DNA of 64,000 bases from Minisyncoccota bacterium (GCA_040905715.1 JBBDRA010000002.1:101968-165967), one strand, 5' to 3'; positions 38,222-46,422 are shown, numbered from the stretch's first letter. Notes: generated from the letters alone by a model not told the origin. Translations and numbers: made by a program.

Positions 38222-39532
38222 TTACCTACCTCTCAACTTTGCAAGTTCTTCTCGCGCTACTTCAGCATCACTCCACGGAGTTTTTGTGTTATTTGCTTCC
38301 ATGATGTACGGGTCGGTACCTTTGCCGGTGATGAGAACAACAATGTTTTTGTTTTGCTCACCCTCTGTAGCTTTTGTGAGGGAGGAAGCTTTTTGCAGGG
38401 CTGTATGAATAGCCTCTCGTCGATCCATAATGATCGCACACGGTTTTTTGGTGATGCTTGTTTTCATTTCCTCAACGATCGATCGAGGGTCTTCATCGTA
38501 CGGGTCTTCGTTCGTGAGGATGATCTCATCGCAATGAGTATCAGCGATCGTACCCATACTTTTTCGTTTCCAGGTGTCGCGTCCGCCGCCGGCGTTGCCA
38601 AGCACGCATACTTTTTTTGTTTTAGGAAATGTTTCGTAGAGTTGTTTGAGTGAGTCAGGGGTGTGGGCGTAGTCTATAAAAACACGAAAATCTTGTCCCT
38701 CGGTGATCTCCTCTACTCTGCCCGGTGTCCCGGTATAGGTCTCGATAGCTCGTTTAGCTGTTTCTACCGGTATGCCAAAGGTACGCAGACAGGTGAGAGC
38801 CGCGAGAATATTGGAGAGATTGAAGGCGCCGAGCAAAGGTGAAACCATAGATGTTTCTTCAAAGATAAATTCGAGACCGTTTTCACTGGTTGAGTATGGC
38901 TGTGCGTCTGCAAGCGAGAAAAGAACCGGTGAGCAACTGGAGCCCGCTGCGGTTACGAACTTGCTGTGTTCAGGGTCATCTGCGTTAGCAACTATATACT
39001 TAGGGGTTTTTGGTGAGCGCGCGAGCCCGCGGGCTATATCAAGTTTTGCTTCTCGGTACTGCTCAAAAGAGCCGTGCGATTCGATGTGCTCAGGGTGAAG
39101 GTTGGTGAAGATGAGTGCATCGAGTTCAATAAAACGGTGGCGGAACTGCTTGGCTCCTTCGGAGGTTAATTCAATAACTGCATAGGTACAACCGGTGTTT
39201 ACCGCTTGACGCATGGTCCGCTGAAGAAAGAATCGTCCCCGAACTGATGTTTTAAAGAGGTTCCGCTCTGATCGTTCGGCAACCTTTATGCGAACTGTAT
39301 TTGTGAGGACGGTCGGATGGCCGTTTTCTTCTAGGATAGCGTTAAGTAATTCTGTAGTAGTTGTCTTCCCTTTGGTTCCGGTTACAGCAATGACAGTGAG
39401 GTGTTTTGATGGGTTACGGTAAACAAGGTATCCCAAAAAAGCTAGTGAGAAATGATACGCCGGCTGGAAAAAATGAAACACACTCTTCGGGATCAGTTTT
39501 TTTATGGAGAATAAAATGTCATCGAGTTGCAT
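38222..39532 (-). CDS. Mur ligase family protein (MurE-like)
   Basis: ATP-binding motif VTGTKGKTTT and Mur ligase middle and C-terminal domains. Start chosen at the internal Met to avoid overlap with ruvA. Confidence 0.6.
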   Translation of the reverse strand: MQLDDILFSIKKLIPKSVFHFFQPAYHFSLAFLGYLVYRNPSKHLTVIAVTGTKGKTTTTELLNAILEENGHPTVLTNTVRIKVAERSERNLFKTSVRGRFFLQRTMRQAVNTGCTYAVIELTSEGAKQFRHRFIELDALIFTNLHPEHIESHGSFEQYREAKLDIARGLARSPKTPKYIVANADDPEHSKFVTAAGSSCSPVLFSLADAQPYSTSENGLEFIFEETSMVSPLLGAFNLSNILAALTCLRTFGIPVETAKRAIETYTGTPGRVEEITEGQDFRVFIDYAHTPDSLKQLYETFPKTKKVCVLGNAGGGRDTWKRKSMGTIADTHCDEIILTNEDPYDEDPRSIVEEMKTSITKKPCAIIMDRREAIHTALQKASSLTKATEGEQNKNIVVLITGKGTDPYIMEANNTKTPWSDAEVAREELAKLRGR

Positions 39533-39542
39533 ACGAGAAATG

Positions 39543-40112
39543 TTAGGCGCCCATGTTTTTAAGCGCTTCCTTAATACGCTCACCGGTGTCGGTAATGTCA
39601 GTTGGAAGGTTGCGTACAGCGTCGCGCGCCTCAGAGGCAGAGTAGCCTAATGAGGTAAGTGCTTCAAAGGTTTCACTATCGGTATCGCGGTACGTACCCG
39701 CTTCTTCGTCGACTGCTTCGAGCTTGCCACGCAATTCCAGCACGATCTTTTCAGCATTTTTTTTGCCAATGCCGGATACCTTTACGAGGTGGGAGGTGTC
39801 GCCGGCTGCGACGGCGTTCTTTAGGGCATTAGCATCGGCAACGTTAAGAATACCCAGAGCGCTTTTAGGACCGATACCGGAGACAGTGAGGAGGAGTTCA
39901 AAGAGCTGCACGTTCTCTTCGCTGGTAAATCCATAAAGATCGAGTGAGTTCTCTCGTACTGCTAGATGCGTCCAGAGCGTGATGTGCTCACTATGAGCGG
40001 TGTTGAGCGCAATGTCACTCGGGCAGTATACAACATAGCCAACACCGCCCGTGTCAATAACGAGTGAATTAGCGTTTTGAGATATGACAGTGCCGGTGAG
40101 TACGCGGATCAT
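39543..40112 (-). CDS. ruvA: Holliday junction DNA helicase RuvA
   Basis: MIRVLTGTV N-terminus and HhH motifs LLTVSGIGPKSA and VSGIGKKNAEKIV. Confidence 0.8.
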   Translation of the reverse strand: MIRVLTGTVISQNANSLVIDTGGVGYVVYCPSDIALNTAHSEHITLWTHLAVRENSLDLYGFTSEENVQLFELLLTVSGIGPKSALGILNVADANALKNAVAAGDTSHLVKVSGIGKKNAEKIVLELRGKLEAVDEEAGTYRDTDSETFEALTSLGYSASEARDAVRNLPTDITDTGERIKEALKNMGA

Positions 40113-40211
40113 GGCTTTATCATAACTTGTGAAGAGCGAAACTGGAAGCGCGCGCAAAAACAGTTCGTTGACAGTTATTAGTGTTTTACGTATAACAATT
40201 ATGGATAGTAC

Positions 40212-40598
40212 ATGCATGATATTCATTTCCTTCTAGATAAGGAGAGTCGCGTGACTACATCTTTGAATGGCGATAAGTTTTCGAAGTCGGTAGAAGCTCA
40301 GCTTCGGAGACTCGGTTTCAGGGCTGACGAACAGTGCGGCCGTCGGTACTGGGTGCGTGAGAAGAAAGACATATGGGACATATGGGTGTTCCGTAAAGCC
40401 GGCGTGTTCATTGTTCGACGACGACGGCGTCCGTGGATGAGGCGCTCCGGTCAATACAGGTGGCAGACTGCCAAGGAGGAGAAGGCGCTGGACTGGGTCC
40501 GCGGCTGGATCAAGGAAGAAACAGACGGAACACTTTCCCGTAAACGGAGTAGATTCTTTGCTCGCCAATGCTTGCCGAGACCCGTCAATCAGGTCTGA
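40212..40598 (+). CDS. Hypothetical basic protein
   Basis: A strong terminator lies downstream on the plus strand, favouring this ORF over the overlapping minus-strand ORF. Confidence 0.3.
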   Translation: MHDIHFLLDKESRVTTSLNGDKFSKSVEAQLRRLGFRADEQCGRRYWVREKKDIWDIWVFRKAGVFIVRRRRRPWMRRSGQYRWQTAKEEKALDWVRGWIKEETDGTLSRKRSRFFARQCLPRPVNQV

Positions 40599-40616
40599 AG
40601 CCCGTTTCCACACCAG

Positions 40617-40650
40617 CAAGACGTCGAGGTATCCTCGACGTCTTTTTATT
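40617..40650 (+). terminator. Intrinsic terminator (12-bp perfect stem aagacgtcgagg/cctcgacgtctt plus T-run)
   Basis: Seen in sequence. Confidence 0.55.
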
Positions 40651-40835
40651 TATATACAAAACCTGCTTGTACACTTCTAGAAGTGTACAAGCTTTTCCTT
40701 CCTGGAAAACGCCGTTCGGATTCTCACACGTCTGTTTCGGAGGGTGCAGAGAGGTCCTTTATGCTATGAGTAATCAGTAGCGATCTCTCTCGGACATGTT
40801 GCCTTTTTTGATCAGGTGATGTAGGATACTCGCGT

Positions 40836-41102
40836 ATGCCAAATCTACAGGCAAGTAAAAAATCACTTCGAGCTGATCGGAAAAAAACCGTATTTAATCA
40901 GCGAAAGAAAGTTTTAATGAAAAAAGCGATCAAAAAAGTTCGCGACCTTACTATTGCCGGTGATGTGAAGGAGGCGCAGGAGAATCTGCCGGCTGCCTAC
41001 GAGGCGATCGACAAGGCCTTGAAGCGAAAGGTTATTAAGAAAAACACTGCCGCACGCAAGAAATCAAGACTGGTAGGTGCGATCAAGCGGGTGCAGGAGT
41101 AA
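40836..41102 (+). CDS. rpsT: 30S ribosomal protein S20
   Basis: Sequence pattern KSLRADRKKTVFNQRKK...AARKKSRL. Confidence 0.85.
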   Translation: MPNLQASKKSLRADRKKTVFNQRKKVLMKKAIKKVRDLTIAGDVKEAQENLPAAYEAIDKALKRKVIKKNTAARKKSRLVGAIKRVQE

Positions 41103-41137
41103 GTTAACCTTTATACAAAGATCAATAAAAATAAGAC

Positions 41138-41170
41138 ACCGTTCGGTGTCTTATTTTTTATTAAATTTGG
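41138..41170 (+). terminator. Intrinsic terminator after rpsT
   Basis: Stem ataagacacc/ggtgtcttat followed by a T-run. Confidence 0.55.
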
Positions 41171-41222
41171 TGTACTTAATTTTCTGATGCCCCGCTGGCT
41201 GGCGGAGAACTAGAAAAAGAAG

Positions 41223-41250
41223 TGCTCCCGGCAGGAATCGGCCCCGCGAG
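41223..41250. repeat. Partial duplicate of the tRNA-Arg(GCG) 3-prime end (att-like)
   Basis: gtgctcccggcaggaatcg repeats the sequence at 41499-41517. Confidence 0.6.
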
Positions 41251-41257
41251 TTCTAAG

Positions 41258-41400
41258 TATTTTGCTTCGCTCAAACAAATAAGGCTTCTTGTGTTTTCTT
41301 CGAAAACATCCGCGAAGCGAATGTGTGCTTTTTTGGATACGGAACGTTACACTTGCAAAAAACACACATTCGCCTGGCCGGCGCCTCACATCGCTACGCG
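41258..41400. repeat. Repeat element copy A (about 135 bp; second copy at 51364-51500)
   Basis: Shares a 53-nt exact core cttcttgtgttttcttcgaaaacatccgcgaagcgaatgtgtgcttttttgga and a conserved long hairpin cgaatgtgtg...cacacattcg. Confidence 0.6.
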
Positions 41401-41465
41401 ATATGTTCCGGCGCTTCGATTCCTGACGAAAGTGCAGAAATGCACTTTCTCCGGAAACACAAATT

Positions 41466-41496
41466 AAAAAAACCAGGTAAAACCTGATTTTTTAAT
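41466..41496. terminator. Hairpin ccaggt-aaa-acctg with flanking A/T runs, immediately 3-prime of the tRNA on the minus strand
   Basis: Seen in sequence. Confidence 0.4.
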
Positions 41497-41499
41497 TTG

Positions 41500-41571
41500 T
41501 GCTCCCGGCAGGAATCGAACCTACATTACGAGCTCCGCAAGCCCGCGTTCTATCCGTTGAACTACGGGAGC
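41500..41571 (-). tRNA. tRNA-Arg (anticodon read as GCG)
   Basis: Acceptor GCTCCCG/CGGGAGC, D-arm GTTC-AACGGATA-GAAC, anticodon stem CGGGC/GCTCG with loop TTGCGGA (G37), T-arm GTAGG-TTCGATT-CCTGC. Confidence 0.75.
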
Positions 41572-41720
41572 AAATGAGGGGTATCGCGCAAAAGCATACT
41601 CTCTGGCAAGTGAGGGATACGAGAAAACTCGTTTTCATCGTATCACGAACGAAGTCAGAGAAAGCTATGCGACTTTGTTTTCTTTTGAACAGCTTTGCTT
41701 ACGGGAGCAAGGCTTGCGTC
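41565..41720. repeat. tRNA-Arg(GCG) leader region, inverted homolog of 45996-46130, including a partial tRNA 5-prime copy
   Basis: Over 90% identity in reverse complement to the leader of tRNA-Arg(TCT). The ttgctcccgtaag copy is at 41698-41710. Confidence 0.6.
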
Positions 41721-41782
41721 AACGCGATAAACTGTATCCTGAAACGAATGCGCTGTAAAGCAGGGCTTTGCTGTTAGAACAA

Positions 41783-42307
41783 CTAAAAGCCCATCCACTC
41801 CATGATTTTTTGCGAAAGTGGTTCAAACAACTCTTCCTCATCCACAAAATCAAGCATGTAGTCGGTAACATCTTCCGGATCCACCTCTTCTTCATTGATC
41901 GGAATAACAATGAGTGGCATGAGTATCTTATGAGATTTAGCCAGTAGTTTTGGTCCTTCCTGGCTCTCTTCATCGTTTTCTACCCAAAATGATTCAAGAG
42001 TGTTAAATGGATATAGTTTTTTGTTGATTACTACGCCTCGACTCGTGATAGCAATATTCATTTCCGCAGGACCGTTGAGCGACTGGATCATCAACGCAAT
42101 TGCGGCTATAACGATCAGGATTGCAAACAAAAAGTTTCCGAAAATAATAGATGCCATCGCAATAGAAAGAGCAATAAGTCCAACTGCCCAGTACCAATCA
42201 GCTGTTTTGTTTAGATGCTCATGCTCTAGCGTTGACCACTCAAGTTTTTCAGGAAGGTCAGGGTGCGAGTGCACCAAGGTATGAGTTGACTGAGGTGATC
42301 GTGCCAT
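41783..42307 (-). CDS. Hypothetical membrane protein (two TM helices)
   Basis: ORF with hydrophobic helices and no recognised motif. Confidence 0.4.
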   Translation of the reverse strand: MARSPQSTHTLVHSHPDLPEKLEWSTLEHEHLNKTADWYWAVGLIALSIAMASIIFGNFLFAILIVIAAIALMIQSLNGPAEMNIAITSRGVVINKKLYPFNTLESFWVENDEESQEGPKLLAKSHKILMPLIVIPINEEEVDPEDVTDYMLDFVDEEELFEPLSQKIMEWMGF

Positions 42308-42436
42308 AGATAGATATTATTATATCACACACACGCATGCAGCAATCAACGTTTTCGATACCGTTTCTTAGATGAATATAGATATTACAAAACCTAATTA
42401 TTGTGGCGAGTGCTTCTCTTTGGTAAGATGGCGTAG

Positions 42437-42688
42437 ATGGAGAATATTAATGATTCGACGCTTGTAACACTGCTTGCTATTGTTGTGGTTACCTTGCCGT
42501 TTAAAGGAACAGCATTATGGATGGCGGCACGTCGATCACACATGAGGTGGTTTATCGTGCTGTTGATCGTTAACAGCCTTGCTATTCTCGAAATCATCTA
42601 TATATTCTTTATTGCGAAGCAGTACACTGTTGAAGTGGAAGAAACGAATGCTGATTCGAGACACTCGTCGTCAGACATTGAAAAATAA
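42437..42688 (+). CDS. Small two-TM hypothetical protein
   Basis: ORF only. Confidence 0.3.
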   Translation: MENINDSTLVTLLAIVVVTLPFKGTALWMAARRSHMRWFIVLLIVNSLAILEIIYIFFIAKQYTVEVEETNADSRHSSSDIEK

Positions 42689-42692
42689 CATA

Positions 42693-42777
42693 CGGAGGGC
42701 TGCGCCGAATGGCTAAGGCACCGGTCTTGAAAACCGGCGGGTTCACGCCCTTGTGGGTTCGAGTCCCACGCCCTCCG
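42693..42777 (+). tRNA. tRNA-Ser (anticodon TGA)
   Basis: Type II tRNA. Acceptor GGAGGGC/GCCCTCC, anticodon stem CCGGT/ACCGG with loop CTTGAAA, long variable arm, T-arm GTGGG-TTCGAGT-CCCAC. Confidence 0.8.
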
Positions 42778-42843
42778 CACCGAGATTATTTATGAGTTTG
42801 CTCACTTGCTACTGCATACCGAATACGAGATACTGAATACTGT

Positions 42844-43227
42844 ATGAAATATCTCGGTATCGACTTCGGCACAAAGAAAGTTGGTCTTGCTCTCTCAGAC
42901 GAGTCAGGAACATTTGCGAATCCATTGAAAGTGATCCCGAATAATGATGATCTCGTTAATGAGATCAAACGATTATGCGCAGAGCACGAGGTTTCGGTGA
43001 TCGTGCTTGGTTTATCAACAAATTTTAAAGGAGAGGATAACCCGGTAATGAAAGAAGCGCGTCAGGTGAAGGAGGTGCTTGAACGAGATGAAGCAGTCAA
43101 GGTAGAACTTGAACCGGAATTTCTTACTACTGCACACGCCGCGCGCACCGAAGAAAACAAAGCCACGCTCGACGCTTCTGCAGCAGCGTTGATACTCCAG
43201 AGTTTTCTTGATCGCCACAAGGAATAG
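42844..43227 (+). CDS. ruvX: Holliday-junction-resolvase-like nuclease YqgF/RuvX
   Basis: MKYLGIDFGTKKVGLALSD N-terminus. Confidence 0.8.
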   Translation: MKYLGIDFGTKKVGLALSDESGTFANPLKVIPNNDDLVNEIKRLCAEHEVSVIVLGLSTNFKGEDNPVMKEARQVKEVLERDEAVKVELEPEFLTTAHAARTEENKATLDASAAALILQSFLDRHKE

Positions 43228-43286
43228 GTTTTTCTTGTGCGCATAAGCAGGTTTTGAAACGCACGCACCTGCGTTATAATACCTCT

Positions 43287-44351
43287 ATGACAAGCAACGA
43301 GTTCCTGCACTTTTTTCCAGCACCAACATTTCTTCAGATGCCGACTGCCGGGCTTGATATTGCTGATGGAGAAATACGTTTCATTGAGCTTCGCGAAGAC
43401 CGCGGAGTTCTTGGGCTTCAAAATTACGGGATGCAAAAGATAGCTAATGACGTGATCGAAGAAGGCTCTATTGAGAAAAAAGAGGAACTTGTAGCAGCTC
43501 TTACAAAAATCCGCGAAGAGAACGGTCTTAAGTTTGTGCGAGTCTCTCTCCCCGAAGAAAAATCATACGTATTTCATACAACAGTTCCGTACGCTGCAAA
43601 CCCTGATGAAATGCGAGACGCTATTAGCTTCACGATCGAAGAAAACGTTCCTCTGTCAGCGGAAAATGTAGTGTTCGATTACAACGTGATAGGTAGAAAG
43701 TCCGTAAAGGTATCGGAAGATGTGGATGTTGCTGTCTCGGCACTCCCGATCAATGTTGTAGAAATGTATATTGATGTAATTCGATCAAGCGGGTTACGCC
43801 CGATGTCACTTATGGTTGAGTCGCAAGCTATCGCGCGATCGGTGGTCCCAAAGGAAAATCCAAATTCATTCTTGGTTATAAATATCGATACGGAAACATC
43901 GGTGGTATATATCGTAAATAATAATACAGTACACTTCACGTCAGCGTTTCCTACAAAAAATGCAGGTTCAAGTGTTTTAACTTCTAGCACTTCGATCACC
44001 CAAGAAGGGGAGCTTGTTGATAATAAGGAAGATTCAATAAGTGAAGAAGATACTTTTTTCTCGAATGCGTCTGAGATACTTGCTGAAGTAAAGCGAGTGT
44101 ATGATTATTGGCATTCGCGTGGCATCGGGTCACAAAAGGACAACCAAGTGAAAAAATTTCTTATATGTGGAGATCACGCCCTCGATAAACAGTTTCAGAA
44201 AAAGCTTGCTGAAACATTTTCGGTTGATGTTGAGACCGCGAATGTCTGGATAAACGCGATGACATTTGACGAGTCTGTACCAGAGATACCTGTTGATGAA
44301 GCACTGCGGTATGCTGCCGCGATCGGTTTGGCACTTCCTCAAAATATATGA
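43287..44351 (+). CDS. pilM: Type IV pilus assembly protein PilM (actin-like ATPase)
   Basis: PilM-like pattern LDIADGEIRFIEL and actin fold length. Start moved to the ATG 6 nt after a TATAAT box, since the ORF-track start is a TTG. Confidence 0.65.
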   Translation: MTSNEFLHFFPAPTFLQMPTAGLDIADGEIRFIELREDRGVLGLQNYGMQKIANDVIEEGSIEKKEELVAALTKIREENGLKFVRVSLPEEKSYVFHTTVPYAANPDEMRDAISFTIEENVPLSAENVVFDYNVIGRKSVKVSEDVDVAVSALPINVVEMYIDVIRSSGLRPMSLMVESQAIARSVVPKENPNSFLVINIDTETSVVYIVNNNTVHFTSAFPTKNAGSSVLTSSTSITQEGELVDNKEDSISEEDTFFSNASEILAEVKRVYDYWHSRGIGSQKDNQVKKFLICGDHALDKQFQKKLAETFSVDVETANVWINAMTFDESVPEIPVDEALRYAAAIGLALPQNI

Positions 44352-44899
44352 TCAACCTGCTACCAGAGAGTGAGAAAAAACGAGTTCGCCGCGAATATAA
44401 TGTGCGCCGCATGGTTGTCGTGGTTATTTTTGCGTGTGTGACCGGTGTTATTGTCGGTATTGCGTTGCTGCCATCCTATATGCATGTGCAGGCGCGTAAA
44501 CAAGCACTTAGCCAAGAACTTGATCATCTGGAAAGATCAACAGACAGTAAAAGATCGCAAGAGTATGCAGAACGTCTTGAACGCGCGAATCAAATGATAT
44601 CTATTCTGACTCCACACAAAAATTACATTCCGGCCTATGTCCTCATAGAGAATTTAGTTGATAACCTGACGGAAGAGGTAAGATTACGCGGTATGAGTTA
44701 CGAGCGCAAAATCACAGAAGATGGTGAGCGCAGTATCCTTTTGTCAGTGACCGGTGTTGCTGCGGATCGGGACGCTCTCACCGCGTTAAAACAAGCACTC
44801 GAAGAAGTTTCGTATTTCGATGAAGTTGATCTACCGATCTCGAATTTTGCGGAGCGAGAGAATATTGAGTTCTCCATGACCTTAACCGGAACCCTCTAA
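44348..44899 (+). CDS. pilN: Type IV pilus assembly protein PilN
   Basis: N-terminal MINLLPE motif followed by a single TM helix. Overlaps the pilM stop. Confidence 0.7.
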   Translation: MINLLPESEKKRVRREYNVRRMVVVVIFACVTGVIVGIALLPSYMHVQARKQALSQELDHLERSTDSKRSQEYAERLERANQMISILTPHKNYIPAYVLIENLVDNLTEEVRLRGMSYERKITEDGERSILLSVTGVAADRDALTALKQALEEVSYFDEVDLPISNFAERENIEFSMTLTGTL

Positions 44900-44904
44900 C
44901 ACAT

Positions 44905-45450
44905 ATGTCCTCGAGTATAAAAACATTATCAATATCATGTCTTGTCGTTCTCGTTGTGAGCGGTATTGTGATCGGTTTTTTCTACGAGATACGATCAGTG
45001 AACAGTGAAGCGAATGCTATTGCAGAACAGGTGAGGGTTGAGCGTGAGCGTCAGCAACGTTCAGAGTCAGTACAGGAAACACTTGAGAACAACGTTCAAG
45101 AGATCAACAGTCTTGGCTCATATATTGTGGGTGCAGATGAAACACCTGATTTCTTGAGCATGGTGGAAGAAGTTGGCACACAAAGCGGGGCCACTATCAG
45201 TACAGAATCAGTAGAGACATTGGATGAGGACGAATCAGATCAAGGGGAGCTTTTACAGATGAACGTAGTGATCTCCGGAAGTTGGCAGGAGGTATACCGT
45301 TCGGTCGCTCTAATAGAAACATTGCCATTCAAGATCACGGTGACTGCTTTTAATTTTTCTCAGAAAAGCACCGGAGAAGAAGAGGGCCCTGCTATTCAGT
45401 GGGAGGCAAAGGTAAAATTAGATGTCGTTAAATTAACTTCAACTCTATAA
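44905..45450 (+). CDS. PilO-like membrane-anchored protein
   Basis: Single TM helix and a coiled-coil region, in operon position after pilN. Confidence 0.45.
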   Translation: MSSSIKTLSISCLVVLVVSGIVIGFFYEIRSVNSEANAIAEQVRVERERQQRSESVQETLENNVQEINSLGSYIVGADETPDFLSMVEEVGTQSGATISTESVETLDEDESDQGELLQMNVVISGSWQEVYRSVALIETLPFKITVTAFNFSQKSTGEEEGPAIQWEAKVKLDVVKLTSTL

Positions 45451-45452
45451 TT

Positions 45453-45791
45453 ATGTTCGCTCGTATTAAAAAACAACTACGCGCAGTGATCCCGCAAGGC
45501 AAGGGGCGGGGTACCGGTGCGCACCCAATGTTTCAACCGGAGCATGACTGGCAGATCATGAGCGCTGCGTTTATTGTAGTAAATGTAGTGGTCGCCGTTA
45601 TTGCGTGGTATATGTACATTCAGGTAGAGTCAGGAACCTTTTTTGCGAGCACTGTTGTGCAGGAAGAGAATAGCAGTGCTCAACTTCAAAAAAATGAACT
45701 GACAAATATCATTGAACATTACGAGCAAAAAAAGAGACGTTCCGGTGAATTTCAACGCGAAGCCGAGGTCATAATTGACCCTTCAGAGTAA
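45453..45791 (+). CDS. Small single-TM protein (fourth gene of the pilMNO operon)
   Basis: Operon context. Confidence 0.35.
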   Translation: MFARIKKQLRAVIPQGKGRGTGAHPMFQPEHDWQIMSAAFIVVNVVVAVIAWYMYIQVESGTFFASTVVQEENSSAQLQKNELTNIIEHYEQKKRRSGEFQREAEVIIDPSE

Positions 45792-45829
45792 TGGTAGTAT
45801 GGTTTTGGGGCTTGCTTATTGAGTGAGCA

Positions 45830-46194
45830 GAATTTGCTCCCGTAAGTAAACTTGCTCTGACAACGCTCGGACGGTACGTAAACGCGTTTCCGACCGCTCC
45901 TCGCTTGTCAGAGTAAGCGAAGCTTTCGAAAGCTACATTCGCGGATCATGCAAAAGCAAGCACCACCAGGGCACTTCTTGTTTTCTAATTCACAGCGAAG
46001 CTGTTCATAAGAAAACAAAGTCGCATAGCTTTCTCTGACTTCGTTCGTGATACGATGAAAACGAGTTTTCTCGTATCACTCACTTGTCAGAGAGTATGCT
46101 TTTGCGTGATGCCGTTCACTTGCTCCCGTAAGCGAAGCTTTCGGGATCTGCGTTCGAAGAAAATAGAAGTAAACTTCAATTTTGCTTCTCACTT
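45830..46194. repeat. tRNA-Arg(TCT) leader with two partial tRNA 5-prime copies and nested palindromes
   Basis: ttgctcccgtaag at 45834-45846 and 46119-46131. Palindromes agctttcgaaagct (45921-45934) and aaacgcgttt. 45996-46130 is the inverted homolog of 41565-41700. Confidence 0.6.
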
Positions 46195-46266
46195 GCTCCC
46201 GTAGTTCAACGGATAGAACAAGGGGCTTCTATCCCCTCAATGTGGGTTCGATTCCTACCGGGAGCA
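46195..46266 (+). tRNA. tRNA-Arg (anticodon TCT)
   Basis: Acceptor GCTCCCG/CGGGAGC, anticodon stem AGGGG/CCCCT with loop CTTCTAT, T-arm GTGGG-TTCGATT-CCTAC. The first 25 nt are identical to tRNA-Arg(GCG). Confidence 0.85.
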
Positions 46267-46271
46267 CAATG

Positions 46272-46318
46272 AAACACACGGATGTTTTTGAAAAAAACAT
46301 CCGTGTGTTTCGTATTTT
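46272..46318 (+). terminator. Intrinsic terminator (18-bp stem aaacacacggatgttttt/aaaaacatccgtgtgttt) after the tRNA
   Basis: Seen in sequence. Confidence 0.55.
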
Positions 46319-46422
46319 GGAGTAGGAATCGAACCGGGAAGGGGTCGGGGAACGGTAGTTCCCCGTGAAGGAAAGGTGGAAAAACCGTGGGTTTTCCAGA
46401 TGTTCTTTCCTGCCGGGAGCAC
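46319..46422 (+). repeat. tRNA-associated structured element, copy 1 (GGGAAGGGGTCGGG hairpin family)
   Basis: Left flank ggagtaggaatcgaacc, hairpin cggggaac-ggta-gttccccg, second hairpin ggaaaaacc-gtg-ggttttcc, right flank cctgccgggagcac (tRNA 3-prime duplicate). Confidence 0.6.

Noticed and set aside
40233-40619. Minus-strand 128-aa ORF overlapping 40212-40598
   Set aside because: A strong plus-strand intrinsic terminator at 40617-40650 supports the plus-strand ORF. Both remain low confidence.
41222-41777. ORFs 41222-41467 and 41499-41777 beginning MLPAGIGPASS / MLPAGIEPTLR
   Set aside because: They are translations across tRNA-Arg(GCG) and its partial duplicate (GGAATCGAACC read as protein). 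They are spurious.
42598-42780. Minus-strand ORF over tRNA-Ser
   Set aside because: Lies entirely within the tRNA-Ser gene. Spurious.
45800-46200. Possible CRISPR array suggested by the repeated ttgctcccgtaag units and palindromes
   Set aside because: Repeats are irregularly spaced, differ in length, derive from the adjacent tRNA, and no cas genes are present.
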